A stretch of 64,000 bases of DNA, from NCBI GenBank assembly GCA_040954595.2, contig CM082593.2, positions 5,845,434 to 5,909,433 of the forward strand, given 5' to 3'. Below are positions 1 through 12,614 of the stretch, in pieces. The notes under the pieces were generated by a model. The model was not told the DNA's origin, searched no databases, and saw only the letters and a list, made by a program, of their open reading frames with translations. The translations under genes and the position numbers were made by a program. Positions within the stretch are counted from its first letter, which is position 1, and every line of letters begins with the position of its first letter. Source of the stretch: Balanoglossus misakiensis. Its lineage: Eukaryota; Animalia; Hemichordata.

Positions 1-3000
1 TGTTTACTTCTTTATATGGGGTCACTAAAGTTGAACTGAAAATTCCATACAACAGTAATTTTAGAAAAGACCTGTTAATTTCTCTGGACACCACAAAGAA
101 TGAAAATTTAGCCAACTTACAATGTATGTCCCAAGGAGTGGTGAATTCCTCGGGGGAATTTCACGTTTCTTAAACCAAACAATTTAAAGCTTGATTTCAA
201 AAGTGACCGAAAAATGTAATCTTCGGACTTTAACAGAACTACTTGTGGGAGAATTTCAGAGTGGGCAGATCAGACTGAACCAGATTATTTGCCATGTTTT
301 CAAAAACATTTTTTCGCGATGTAGCCCTCGGCTGCAGTCATTCGAAAATAACCCGTCACAGCTGGGACAGGATAAACCTAGCATGGCGGGCAGCATCCAC
401 GACCACCACCACGTGTGGGGGAAGACAGTTCACGAAGCATCAATAACAGTCTAATTGGACGTCTTGGCACTTCAGTGTCACGCATCTCCTGAATTTTTTT
501 CAGCAATTGAGGTCAATTAGCTACTGGCTGTTGTCTGCTGTGCCACTACAGGCTGTCCGCACTGTTTGTGGACAAACACAGCTCGGTCTTTGGGGGTGAG
601 GACCCATGTAAAGCTTACATAACCGGTATGACAGACAGCTATCAACATCAACCCAAACTCCTTCCTTCCTTCCTTCACATACCACCTTTCACTGTCATCA
701 CAGACCATCAACTATCTGTGCACATCTGAATCAGTTTCATTCTTTCTCTGCGGTATTGATAAAAGTAGGTATTCAAAACATTTTAAGATTGTATTGGTTG
801 TCTTTGATAGGTTATTCTTCTCCTCCTTCATACCCAAATCTTTCTCAGAGAAATGTGAATGGAATAAATCCTCACTCCAGCTTGCAGCCAGGTTTCTCAT
901 TACTACGGTGATGAACCCCTGATCCAAAATCCTTTCCCAATATGATGAACCGACTTTAATTACTGCGCTCCCCCTTTTCATAAAATTCTGACTGAGATAA
1001 ATCTGTAATCAATATAATCAATACTGATGAGTCACATTCACCAAAAGGGAAATCTAATTCATTTGCGTTACGCACTGCGAGACAAACATTCGCTGGATGT
1101 AAGACGGGGGTATTCTAATGCAAATCGAACGACGACAACAACATTGAAGGCAGGGATTTCACCCTCTGAGTGTAAGCATTGATTCATTTCAAAGGATGAT
1201 CACCAAAGCTTGAACTCCTCGGGAAAGCGCATTTGAATAAATCTCGGGTTAAGAAAGGTGGATTCAACACCAAGCCTTACGGGGTGAAAGGTCACCCAGT
1301 CTAGAAGGGACACCACCAGCAAACTGAGTCTTCCGGCAGCCATCTGGGCAAACAGTGAGCAAATTAGCCACAACAGTAAAAAAAAAGTATAAGTACCCAT
1401 GTGTAGTTGTGAGGCAGCCAAACAAGCTTCTGAATAGACACCCCCCCCAAATCCCAGATTAATCTGCCCATGACAAAAACAATCTACTGTGTAGTTTTAT
1501 TGCGACGGCTTTCAACAATCAAACCTTAGAGGTGGTGCAACACATTCCTGTTGGGCAAATCTAGGCTCCATAACAATAGCTGTCAACTTCTCAAACACGG
1601 GCACTGATTTTGGTTGTTTTTTTTCTGAAGTGTCCTATTATCAGAAGCAACGCTCGATGTTCACACCCACTGCCCAAAGCACAAGTGCTGGTTAGCAATC
1701 GTTCTCGGGAGAAAATGCCGAAAAATATCTATCTCCAGGTACAGCCTTGTTGCCATCAACAAACAATAGTTCACTGGGCTTTGAAGTGGCACTAAACACC
1801 TCATGATCTTCAAAGAAAAAGAACTATTGAACTACAACACGTATATGTCAAAGTGCCCTTAATAGCAACTTTGGCGTTTCTGTTTTTTTTCTAATATCCA
1901 ACTGTCCTGTTTCTCTTTGGATTGTAGTCACTGAAGAGCATATAAGGCACAATTCTAATTAAAATGAAACCCAAGAGTTTATCAATAATTTAATGAAATG
2001 GACGAGTTATAAAATGAACTTGATAGAAGTTAGAAACCAACACAAAAGACCTCTAAATTAGTCCAACAGAAAGATTTTAGTGTGACGTGCTGGCTGCATG
2101 TCGGTTAATTGAAATTTGAACCTTGCAAGTAATCATACATCTGGTAATCTGACCAGAATTTACTAATGAGATTGTGGAACAACACCCACAATGTAACAAA
2201 GGTTGGATTATTTATGGATATCACAGGGAAATTTGTTTCTGTTTCATATGTTCAACCAATAGAAGTCATATCTATGAAAGAAATCCCCATTTTTGCTGTC
2301 CATCATCCTTTCTCAGATAATAATTACAAAACTGAAATCATTTCGCCTTGATAATTAAATATGTTCATTATCTTTCCTTCAGTGGTTTTGATCAAATTAT
2401 CGTTTCGACTGTCAAGACAGCTTAAGTTTTCATAAAAGTCAACACAAAGTGCATCAAGTATCTGCAATCACCAACTGCGAGGTATTATTTGCAAGGATCT
2501 GTTCTATAAACACTGGACTACAGCAGGCTAATTAGAACCAGTGTCTATAAACATGTCCTGTGCCTGAACTATATATACTATGTGTATCAAATGTATTAAA
2601 CTGGACACCTGATATAAGTTTTCGATATTAAATCACAAAATTACAATGCGGCCGGGTCTTACAGCATACAGAAATTACAATATGTCAAAAACAATGCCTT
2701 TGTAGGGTTTCACTGCGTGATCTAATTTGACTGTTTTACATGAAATCATACATATCCTTTGTGTAGATTTCACAGCATATTGATTTGAATATTACTGCAA
2801 CTGACGAATGAAATCACCAGCATCTGTGTTGTTGCAGTTTTTGTAACTCCACCTTGGTATTCATTAGGTACACGTTGACTGCAGCAATCCAGGGATTAAA
2901 AGTAAATTTTCATGATTATGGATCCTGTATACAACTTGGACCCCCACGTTAAAACTAATGAAACCCTTCCACGTACCATTAACAATATTGTACAAACACC

Positions 3001-6000
3001 ATCTCGACAATTAAATCCAACTATTCTTTCTTTCTTTCAAAAACAAAAACATTAATGACTATGATTATCCCAGCCTTTTATGCACTCTAATCACCTGTAA
3101 AACGAATGAAAACAATAAGCTATTTGGCACCCTGCCAACATATTTTTGTAAACTTGACAAAAACATAAAAATACTTGTCGAATATTCAAGATAAATTCAC
3201 TTCAAACGGCAAATTCTTCAGGTGACAGAGTGAGTGACGTGGACTGTTATGTGTCTTACTGGTGATGAAATTGATATTCTCAGGAAAACTTTTCTTGTTA
3301 TGACCCTACTCACAATTTTGTGTTGTAAACAATGGGGGGACCAGAAGGTAAACACAGGCTGGGTAAAAGAAGTAAACAATCTGACAGAGTGTAACAACCT
3401 TGTATACAAGACCAGTGTTGTCAGCGCTTTACTTCAACAAAGTATCAATTTCCAAGCTCACTGGAGCATATCAGGATGGCAAATCTGCATTGTACAACAA
3501 CAGACGTACTTTTCAAAATTGGAAAACATTACATTGAGATGGACTGAAAGATGTTTTAAAAAGTTAACAGCGCGGCGGTTTAATGTCTAGAGCCAAGTAG
3601 GCTACGGAGCAATTACGGTCACGTCAACATGCAACCTGGCAAATACTAATGAGTGTCTCTCTCTGCACAGTTGTAATGCAGCAATGAGGCTTTTAGGCCT
3701 CCAAACTGTCTCAATTTGCAGCAAACGATATGGAATACACAAGTAGGTCCTTTAGAGCAAAACCTGAAATGGAGCTCTCCATTTAATTCATAGCAGTTAG
3801 CTGGACAGGTCAGGTAATTTGAGTGTGCGTCTACAGGAATGAGGGAGTCTGTGTATATATACCAGGCCCGGTGTTCAAACATTGGGCGGACAAACATACA
3901 TGTACATGCTATGGAAACAGATCACTTTGTCACGATACCACACTTGATTAACGCTGGACAACATTGACTTTTACTTTTTCACACGAAGCTAAAAAAAATA
4001 TTCTCGAAGTACTTTTTGATTGACAAGACTGCCTGAACAAATTGAAGATGGGCGCATTCTTGTAGAATATTGCTATAAAATGAGCATTCATTTCTGGAAG
4101 AAATCATTTGATTCTCAACAATGAGATTACAAACTGCAAGACAGAATGTTCTATGCTTAAAAACCTATCTACAGATGGCTATATACCTTGTAGCTGTAGG
4201 GATTCATTTTAAGACTACCTTATGGTCCATTTTATGTACACAGGTAAAGTGGAATTTGTGTTTTTTATGTGAACAAGGAAAGCTGGAAGCATATTTACTG
4301 TAGATGTTTCGGACTGGAGGTCGGTATGCAATGTTTGCCTTAGGACATAAACATGCTACAACCTGATCCAGATGGATCTATTTTAGTCTCTCATTTCAGC
4401 TGAAACGCTTCAACTTCAAGAGACAATGACTTGGTGCAACTGATTGCATACATTTATGTTATGTTTTGATTGGTTCGTTAAAAATGAAATTGATCTGAAA
4501 GTACAGCGAGATCGTTTCCCTACATCATGTACGAGTCTGGACTGGTTCCAGGTTTTTCCCCTTCTATTTTCCCGGCGTCCTGAGGGTACAAAGTACTGGC
4601 AAGTCACAAAGCAGCCAGCTTCAGTACACCTCGACAAATCTCGGAATATTAACCAAACCCATGTGTCAACAAAAGGTACAAAACAAACAGACCGCACACA
4701 GTCTGCACCCTGAAAGACAGCCGCTGCATTCACCGCATTGTTCTAAGAGCCGAGAATCGCTGCCCATTCAGGTCAAATTATTCTGATTGCTGCAGTATTG
4801 ATAGAACCAGCTTGCTCACATCCAATTGTCTATTTGCCTTAAAATCACTGGAAACCAGGTAACATCTGTGTGTTGACACAACCAAGTAAACCAACGTTCT
4901 TTCATACAAAGGTAAATATTATAATTTTACCTGAGCGAAATTGTAATGCTACTAGTGAACGATGCCGCAATCTTAAATTTACTATTAAATAATCAAGATT
5001 TCCACGGTAATAAATGAATAAAATTCACAAATTTTAAAAATATCAGAGATTCTACACTGAAATGTTACAATTATTAAAAGCAAACATGTACATTGCATTC
5101 TGTGAAACAGATTACATTATTTTTTGCAAAAAAGTACTTGCTTGTTAACAAAACTAATCCGACTACAAACATATGAAAATGTTCTATTTAGGGTTGGATA
5201 TTATGCAGCTTGTCATCTCCCTTGATAACTTACAACATAAATGTTCCATACAATAGGGAATTCTACATTTCCCTGCCAAATGCCAGGTTGTTTTTCCATC
5301 CCAATCTAAAGTGCATTCAAGTCTTCTTCCATTTGCAGCCTGTCAATCATCTGAGAGTTTTGAAAGCCTGACATCTGAACAATGTCCCTGCAAAGTGCAC
5401 AGTTTGAAAAAAAACAGCAGTTTCGTTCTGTGTTAATTTCTGTATCTGTCTGCACCAGCTGTGGGTCAGCGTCGACACACACTGCCGGGTCCATGTAACT
5501 ACTTCCTGTTGAAAAGGAAAACTGCATTCCTGGTGTGTGCATCCGATCTGAAACTAAGCCCTTGACGTCGGGCGTTTCATACGACCCCCTTTTGAAACCC
5601 TCAGATTTTAGTTTTGACTCTGCAGCTATCAATGTTTGTATTACGACACAGCTTGATCAATTGAAGAGTCTTTCTTGGGATTGGATTTCCAAATACATCA
5701 ATTCATAGATTCACTTCCTTTTCACGGACATTTACCAGTAACATAACTATGATTCATTTTCACATTGATAGAGCTACATGCACATCTTGGCAATACATTA
5801 TACATGTATACTGAAACCAAATCACTCTGGTATACTGTTTATAAGTTCTAACTTTCTCTCGACTATCACAATGGTTACTTTGACTTATTTATCGCTCTTT
5901 TATTTCCCATAAAACAGCATCTCCACTAAAGCCCACATCATCTTATCCAACACTTACAGCACGTACTATCATCTACTTGATTCCCACAATCTGCCAATGG

Positions 6001-6211
6001 TTTCTGATGCGGGGGTTATCCCGTTTCAAATTAAGTGGGCAGTGACAGATAACACTAAACACCAACACCCTTGGATTCAAACACTTGGACAGCACATCAG
6101 CCATCACAGGATTCCAATTGACCATATCACTGCCTCTGAGAGACAGTGTTAGGAGCTTTGATATCAGCCAACAGTTACAGGGTTGGTGATTTACTGGTGT
6201 TTCTTAAAACG

Positions 6212-6234
6212 GGGGGGGGGGGGGGGGGGGGGGG
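6212..6234. repeat. poly-G homopolymer (~23 nt)
   Basis: Uninterrupted G run after 'cttaaaac'. Confidence 0.9.
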
Positions 6235-8772
6235 TCAACACGCACCTTATGTCATTAAACGGCAATTAAAAGAACAGCTATCGCTGCTATTTAGCAACTG
6301 TGAGATGACAGCTGAAATGTGAGTTGCACATGTCCAACATTTCTCTCTCGTTCTCTCTCAATAACTTACTTCCCCGAATAGTTTGCTAGCGACGAGATGC
6401 TTTCAGCAGCTTTGGGACACCGAAGTGTGCAATGATGGTACTTTGAATAGAAAAGGTGTTAATTACAGGAGGGATATTCCTTTGGAGACAACCCCTCCAC
6501 TATAAAACCAATTATTCTCTTGCTCTCAAAACCTCTCGAAGATATCACTAGTCCCTATTCTACTAATTTACAAAGATCTCGTGGACACAGTAATATTACA
6601 ATGATTCATAGCAGTAATTTTCTTCACAGTCCATTATGTAAATTTTATAACAGCCCTGCTAGATTACATTTTAGACAGGGAAAAATTGTATTGATCACGT
6701 CCCATTAGAACATGATAAGCATTTGACTTGCTAATCATTATGTGCAGTTTTTTTTCTAGTGCATTTACTTTCCGTTCGTATTAATCATATTAGGAAATGG
6801 AACTGTATTCAGCTGCCAATACCGTAATTCTCAACGGACATTTCGCTTTCAACATTCCACGAGTGCAAACAGGACCAAAAACGACCCCTGCAAATAATTT
6901 TCCTCCAAATTAGGACTTGTATCAAAAGTTGTGAGTCAACTGCGCTCATTATTGAGTCCAGGGTCAAATTTTACACAGATGGTCTAACATCATTATGCTA
7001 AAGCTGGCCTGGAATATAAACTAGTTATATCCCTCGGTTTTCAGATAAAAACAAATCTTTGCATACAGAAAGATTTATCTGCTTAAAAGTCGATAAATGT
7101 TATCTCTGATTAAGTTATTGTTTAACCTTTATGGAAGTCCAGAACTGTACTTTATTTTACCCCCCCCCCCCCCCCTCAACTTTTCAGGACAATTTTTTGT
7201 AATGGTTTCATAATTCACCTGAATTGTTCATTTCTTTTCCTGGTTTGTTGCAATGTTAGTTCCTGTTCATAGCAGCCCTTATTATTTTGAGATAATCAGT
7301 CAAGACATTTTGTATTTTATTTTATTTTTATCAACAGTTTGCAGACTTGGGGTTCGTCATAATAAAGAGCATATTATAATATTTTCATGGCACGTCACTA
7401 TAATGCCGCTCCCATTAATTTCTTTCATTTTCAATCATTCAGTTAATGCCCCTTTCAGATTATGGGTTACCAAATGACAATTGCCATATAGTACTTACTC
7501 TACAAACAAGCAATAAATTGCTCGCTGAGCGGTGCACAGTAAATCCGATCCCCATTTTTCAGTAACAACAGGTTATGTTTTGCCATTCACTCTTCAACAA
7601 TATGACTTGATTACTAATCACGGGTTGGTTTGCATGTTCTCTGCGTTAAAAAATATATTGCTTCTTACTACAAAACATGATCTAAATAGAAACGTACTCG
7701 GCATATCATTTCAAAATCAGTGTAAGATACAGTAATTTGCTCCAGCATACTATACTGTCCCTCTGCGTCACAAGGCTCAAACTAATAAATTTCACTCTAA
7801 ATGGGACTTCAGTCTGGCTGAGAACGCCTGAACACACAGGTACAGAGCTAACAATAACGTGTTTGAAGACTTTGATATTCACGGTCTTCAAGCATGCTAG
7901 TGACCCCCGGCCGCGATTCAGAACCGAGAGGTATGAAAGGGTCTGGGATGAAACGCTCCTATACACAACCCATTAATTATGAATTCCGATGAATAGCAGT
8001 TAAATTACACCAGAAAATCAGTTAGGGAAACGGTGTCAGGAAATTCAATACAAGAATGGGGCGAGCACAATACTACTGATTAATGACAAAGTTATTTTCA
8101 CATATTGACTTGGGGATGACAAGATTGATTGAAAGAGCAAAGACGCCCTGACAAGCAATCATAATTTCACGTCACACAAAACCATAATGGAATTAATTTG
8201 TAATAACTCAATATGTTCTGTGTACAACACAACTAGCCGGGATTAACGGCGGACATTTCTGCCTTCCTCTTCCGTGCAAACAAGGATATATACTGCTGGA
8301 TCTCATTTCAGATTCATGGCCTGGAATAAAGACTGCTCTTTGGTGACCCGAGAAACTTTTATGAAGTTGTCATAACATATGATGTGCACGGGCTACAACC
8401 ATTAGAGTATGATGGGAGTTATATAGTTGGGCTACTTCCTCAACATGTTATTGCTTAATCCACCTTCAATCTCTCAATGGTGCGCTGCCCAGACATGTAA
8501 CTGTTTCATCCAAGTTGCATAACATCATATAACAAATTTCAACATACCCTCAAATTTCCTAATAACACATGTACAACATCTACTCAAAGAAACATTACAA
8601 AATTTGCAAAACTCAATCCCCCCCCCCCTCTGAAATTTAAATAACAATCCAAACTCACGGGATCACTCACTTGCATGCTATATATCTCCGAAACAGTTAC
8701 TGTCGGAGCAATTAGCAAGACTGTGATAAAATTTAATGATTGGGATTTCAACACCATCTCCTAACAGCTCGT

Positions 8773-8854
8773 CAGTGTCACTTTATGGTGAAATCAACAT
8801 ATTGCACACAGTGTGTAATACATGTATGTTGATTTCACCATGTAAGTGACACTG
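8773..8854. repeat. Imperfect inverted repeat/hairpin, possible MITE relic
   Basis: CAGTGTCACTTTATGGTGAAATCAACATA ... TATGTTGATTTCACCATGTAAGTGACACTG form ~28-bp complementary arms with one small indel; no TSD recognised. Confidence 0.6.
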
Positions 8855-9775
8855 GTTGGTGAAATGAAACATGCCTTCTCTCATTAGTAGACATCTGCTG
8901 TGGAGGGAATATTCAAAATAAAACAGGGATGACGACTCCGTTAATGTCCACAATCAACATTTTTTTTTTTCGCGGTGATGAAGTGTATGCAGTGCAACGC
9001 CTTGGAATTTACGGGTGCATTATGACCACTGATGTTTGTTCAGTGAGACAGACACTTTTCAGACATTCAACTCCGAGTAAAACTGGCAAACAATACGTGA
9101 AGTTGGGCTTTTAAAACCTGTGCTATATAATGTTGTATTAACCTGCCACTACAAAAAACACCGCACAGTTCGATTAAAATTCAATAAGCTTTGAGCAGAT
9201 CGCAGAATTATTCAGACTTCGAGGTCATGCTTATGCGTCGTTGGTGGTTTTAAAATGTAAAATGTCCAATATTTGGTAATGGTCTGGATCTGGCCTGGCT
9301 TTGGTCAACCCGCATAACCTGGGTTTACACGCTGTGATTATTTTAACAAGGGGTAAAGTACACACAGATGTTCTACTGCTGAGCGTAGTCAACGGACACA
9401 GTGCCGCGGATATCAAGCCGAAAATCCTCCGTTGCCTCGAATGTAATACGTGCGCGGTTTGCGCTGCGCCATTTCGGAGCACAAGGGTTATGGGCGTGAG
9501 TTAATCACTGCAGTTAAGAATGGGTGTTAACTCGGGGGAATAGCTACTAAACAACAGACTAAGGATCGGTCCCACCAAAAAATCAATACCTACAATGTAC
9601 AGCAGAGAATGAAATGGGCTACCATTCAAAGCGACTCCTTCATTCATTTGGGAGAAAATATCACGGTTAAATAAATCATACACCGTTCCCACGCCAAGAA
9701 AACGGTACAAACAAGTAAACCCTGAAAAGAAAACTGACAAACACACTAAGGACGAAGAACATGAAGGCTAAATAC

Positions 9776-10029
9776 CCTTCGTCGTCTTGATTTTTCGACG
9801 CGTTTATCCGTTCACCGGGAGCACAGTCGACTAGCCCTTCGCTCGTCATAGTCATATTGGCAGTCTGTGTTAGTGTTACTGGGTGTTCGCCGGGCTGTAG
9901 TGGTTCACCGTTGAGCAATGGGTTTCCTTCATTTTTGAGAGCAAGAATCGCTTCTGGTGGAGGGTGGAGGAAAGTTTGGGCACTATTTTGTGTACTATTG
10001 AAACTCAACGCGAGCTCAGCCTCCGCCAT
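9776..10029 (-). CDS. First coding exon of an hnRNP A/B / hnRNP D (AUF1) / D-like RRM protein; downstream exons not found in window
   Basis: AAAATGGCG start at 10029; exon ends ...PGERINASKNQDDEG at a GT donor (9775-9774). This matches the pre-RRM1 signature recalled for hnRNPAB (GDQINASKNEEDAG), hnRNPDL (KINASKNQQDDG) and hnRNPD (KIDASKNEEDEG). The expected next exon (KMFxGGLSW) was not seen in 1-9700. Confidence 0.6.
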
Positions 10030-10120
10030 TTTAGTCACTCACTGTAAAATGATTTCCACGCCACGCCAGTTCATTTACATGTCATTTGCATACAAATGTA
10101 CAGTCAACACAGTCACGTGG
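10024..10120 (-). promoter_or_regulatory. Proximal promoter motifs of the hnRNP-like gene (YY1, octamer, E-box)
   Basis: CGCCATTTT (YY1-type) overlapping the ATG, ATTTGCAT at 10084-10091 and GTCACGTG at 10112-10119, in a CpG-rich segment. Motif matches only. Confidence 0.4.
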
Positions 10121-10612
10121 GTGAGTACAAACCAAAACAACAGCGGTGATTGCCGATCGTGCAACTAACTCGACACTCGCACCAGGATCGGTCTGTATAT
10201 TTTACCCATTTGGCTTAAAAAGAAAGAGCTTATTCGACAAAAACGACCGGATTGAGACGAATGGCTTCATTTTCCGCTGATTTCACGGTTGTCCCAACCA
10301 AACCTGACTACGATTGGTTCATTTACGACATGTGACCGTACTACTAAATAGGTTGCCTAGCTCGAGACGGTGTGAATATCATGAAACGAGCGCCACCGTT
10401 TCCACATAAAAACAAAGTAACTCTTGCAGGTGTCAACGAGAGCAAGCGATCTCGTCCCATTTTGCACGGAAAGGATTGTCTGAATGTGGATGGAGTCTCC
10501 ATTTTAAAATTCCTGGCACCATGACAAAGTTATGATTGAAATGGTTGCCGCATATTAAAGTTGGAAATGTACAAATCTGTGATTTGGCTAGATCAGATCT
10601 ATCTCAATATTC

Positions 10613-10816
10613 GGATCTGGTTCACTTAGTGGACACGACTATACCCCATGGCGATACCATGGTTTTTTAGGGTTAGGGTTAGGAGGGTTAGGGTATGGGA
10701 TAAACTCACCCTCACATTGCCACCCCTAACCCTCCTAACCCTAACCCTAACTCACCCTCATTGCCATGGTATCGTTGCCATGGGGTATAGTCGTGTCCAC
10801 TAAGAGAACCAGATCC
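10613..10816. mobile_element. MITE with ~40-bp TIRs, 8-bp TSD and internal TTAGGG-like repeats (copy 1; Merlin-like GG..CC ends)
   Basis: TIR GGATCTGGTTCACTTAGTGGACACGACTATACCCCATGGC; TSD CAATATTC at 10605-10612 and 10817-10824; second copy at 36630-36813. Confidence 0.9.
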
Positions 10817-11708
10817 CAATATTCCAACTTATCCAAGGTAAACTGAGACTAAATCTGGATACTGAGGTGGCCGTATAGCGTTAGTTTGATAAGCATCTGG
10901 GTTTAGCTGCTGTGTTCGAAGTTTTCCCTGGTGCATCGTGCATTACTAATACTATCAAAGGTTGGAGATGGACGGCGACAACCCAAACAAACAACAACCA
11001 AATCGAGCGCTTATCCCGAGGAACTGTGCGCTTCTCGAGACCATCGCATCGTTCCACACTAAGATTTGACTTATAATGGTGAAAGGCTGAGATTTATTTG
11101 AACATTTCTTGTACATTTTCACACTGTTTGTAGTTGTACTAATAAACGACAGACACGATTGTCGATTTTTCTCCATCACTGAAATGAAAACACAGCGTAG
11201 TGTGACGTCGGGCGCGCGAAAGTTTGCAACAAGGGAGTTGTTTCCCCCTGAGTAATTTTCAGTTGACCATTCACCTCATGAATCGTGTTTCAAGTATGTA
11301 GCACTCTGTTACATCTTTACATCTTATAAAATACTGAATCCAATATTCAGCTACATTGATAAGTTTGCGTCCTCATCTCGAGAGCAAAATCTGTCTTATC
11401 CGGAACTGGACTGATGAGATGAGACACACGTACACATCATCTGTAAATTTCATCACATATGATATAAAACATTTGTACATACCTAACTTCACGAGGGCAT
11501 TCTTCGGCAAAATTCATCGTGGTTAGAGAATACCGTCTATATGGATCTGGGAAACGGTGGCAAAAATACTGCATCGAACTAAAATATATTCTGCTGTTTT
11601 CAAACTGCCGCCCGAGAACACGTTCTGAATGAAATCTCGCAAAAGTTTGGATAGAGCGCGATTTGACGAGACTCGATCGCACGCATGCGTAAGTTACGAT
11701 ACAACCTT

Positions 11709-11721
11709 GTTTCTAAGCAAC
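11709..11721 (+). promoter_or_regulatory. RFX X-box in the promoter of the EF-hand gene
   Basis: GTTTCT-A-AGCAAC fits the X-box consensus and lies ~85 bp before a likely non-coding exon donor (CAG|GTATT at 11805/11806). Confidence 0.6.
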
Positions 11722-12614
11722 AAGCGTTAAACAGTTGATTCCCATAGACCGAGGTTACAGCGACGAGAGAGTCCACGGGCGGAACTGATCGAACAGAGAT
11801 TACAGGTATTTTTCATCTATATATTGCGGTATTTGGACATTTTCCGTATTCGTCTAACTCCCCTGTATATTCACATGCACACACTGTTTTAACTTCTTGA
11901 TGTTAGCGAAAAACACTCGCAGTCTCCGTCGAACCTGTTGGCTAGTTGATGTGGCAGCCATGTTTACAATATTTCTGTGGGTTGCCCCGCGATGGCATTT
12001 CGGTAAAGAACACCACAAACGTGTGTTTCCGGACAATACTTACCTCATCAAGTTTAGAGAACTGGTCTATGAATGATAGTGGGCTGGGCTGACACAAAAT
12101 GAAATTGTTTCATTGAAAAACAACTAGATCAACAGGTGACAAAACACACGTTGTATGTTCCAATCTCACATTTAATGTGGTGTAATAAACATAATATCAA
12201 AAGTTGGAAACACAGTGAGAAATTAGAATTATACGAAAATATACTAAAGACAGCATATCCACATCAATCATTCTTTTACTTGTCATGAAACTGGGCTGTT
12301 TGTTATAAAGTTTGCTATAACACTAACAGATCCCTAACCTTCAAGGTCGAGTCAAAATATTATATTGTTGACAAGTCTCCCCACTCTCTAAAACCGGAAA
12401 GTGGCGACTGTCTTGTTTTAAAAAGTTGGTTTCACTTTTCTTTGAGTGATGATATACTATTACTAAATTAACAAACACATATTACTTTATATGCCATGAT
12501 GACCCTGATAACCTCATCCAAAGAAATGTTATGTTTTCATCCTCAGAGAGAGAAAAAGTGAAATTATTTGACTGCAGTGGGTCTCTGTAGTTTGTACTCA
12601 ACTGCGAGTTCACT

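Noticed and set aside
5306-5632. 108-aa - strand ORF as a downstream exon of the hnRNP-like gene
   Set aside because: No RRM motifs, no convincing splice boundaries, non-ATG start.
10668-10750. TTAGGG/CCCTAA arrays as a telomere fusion or true interstitial telomere
   Set aside because: They lie inside a TIR- and TSD-bounded element that recurs at 36630, so they are MITE cargo.
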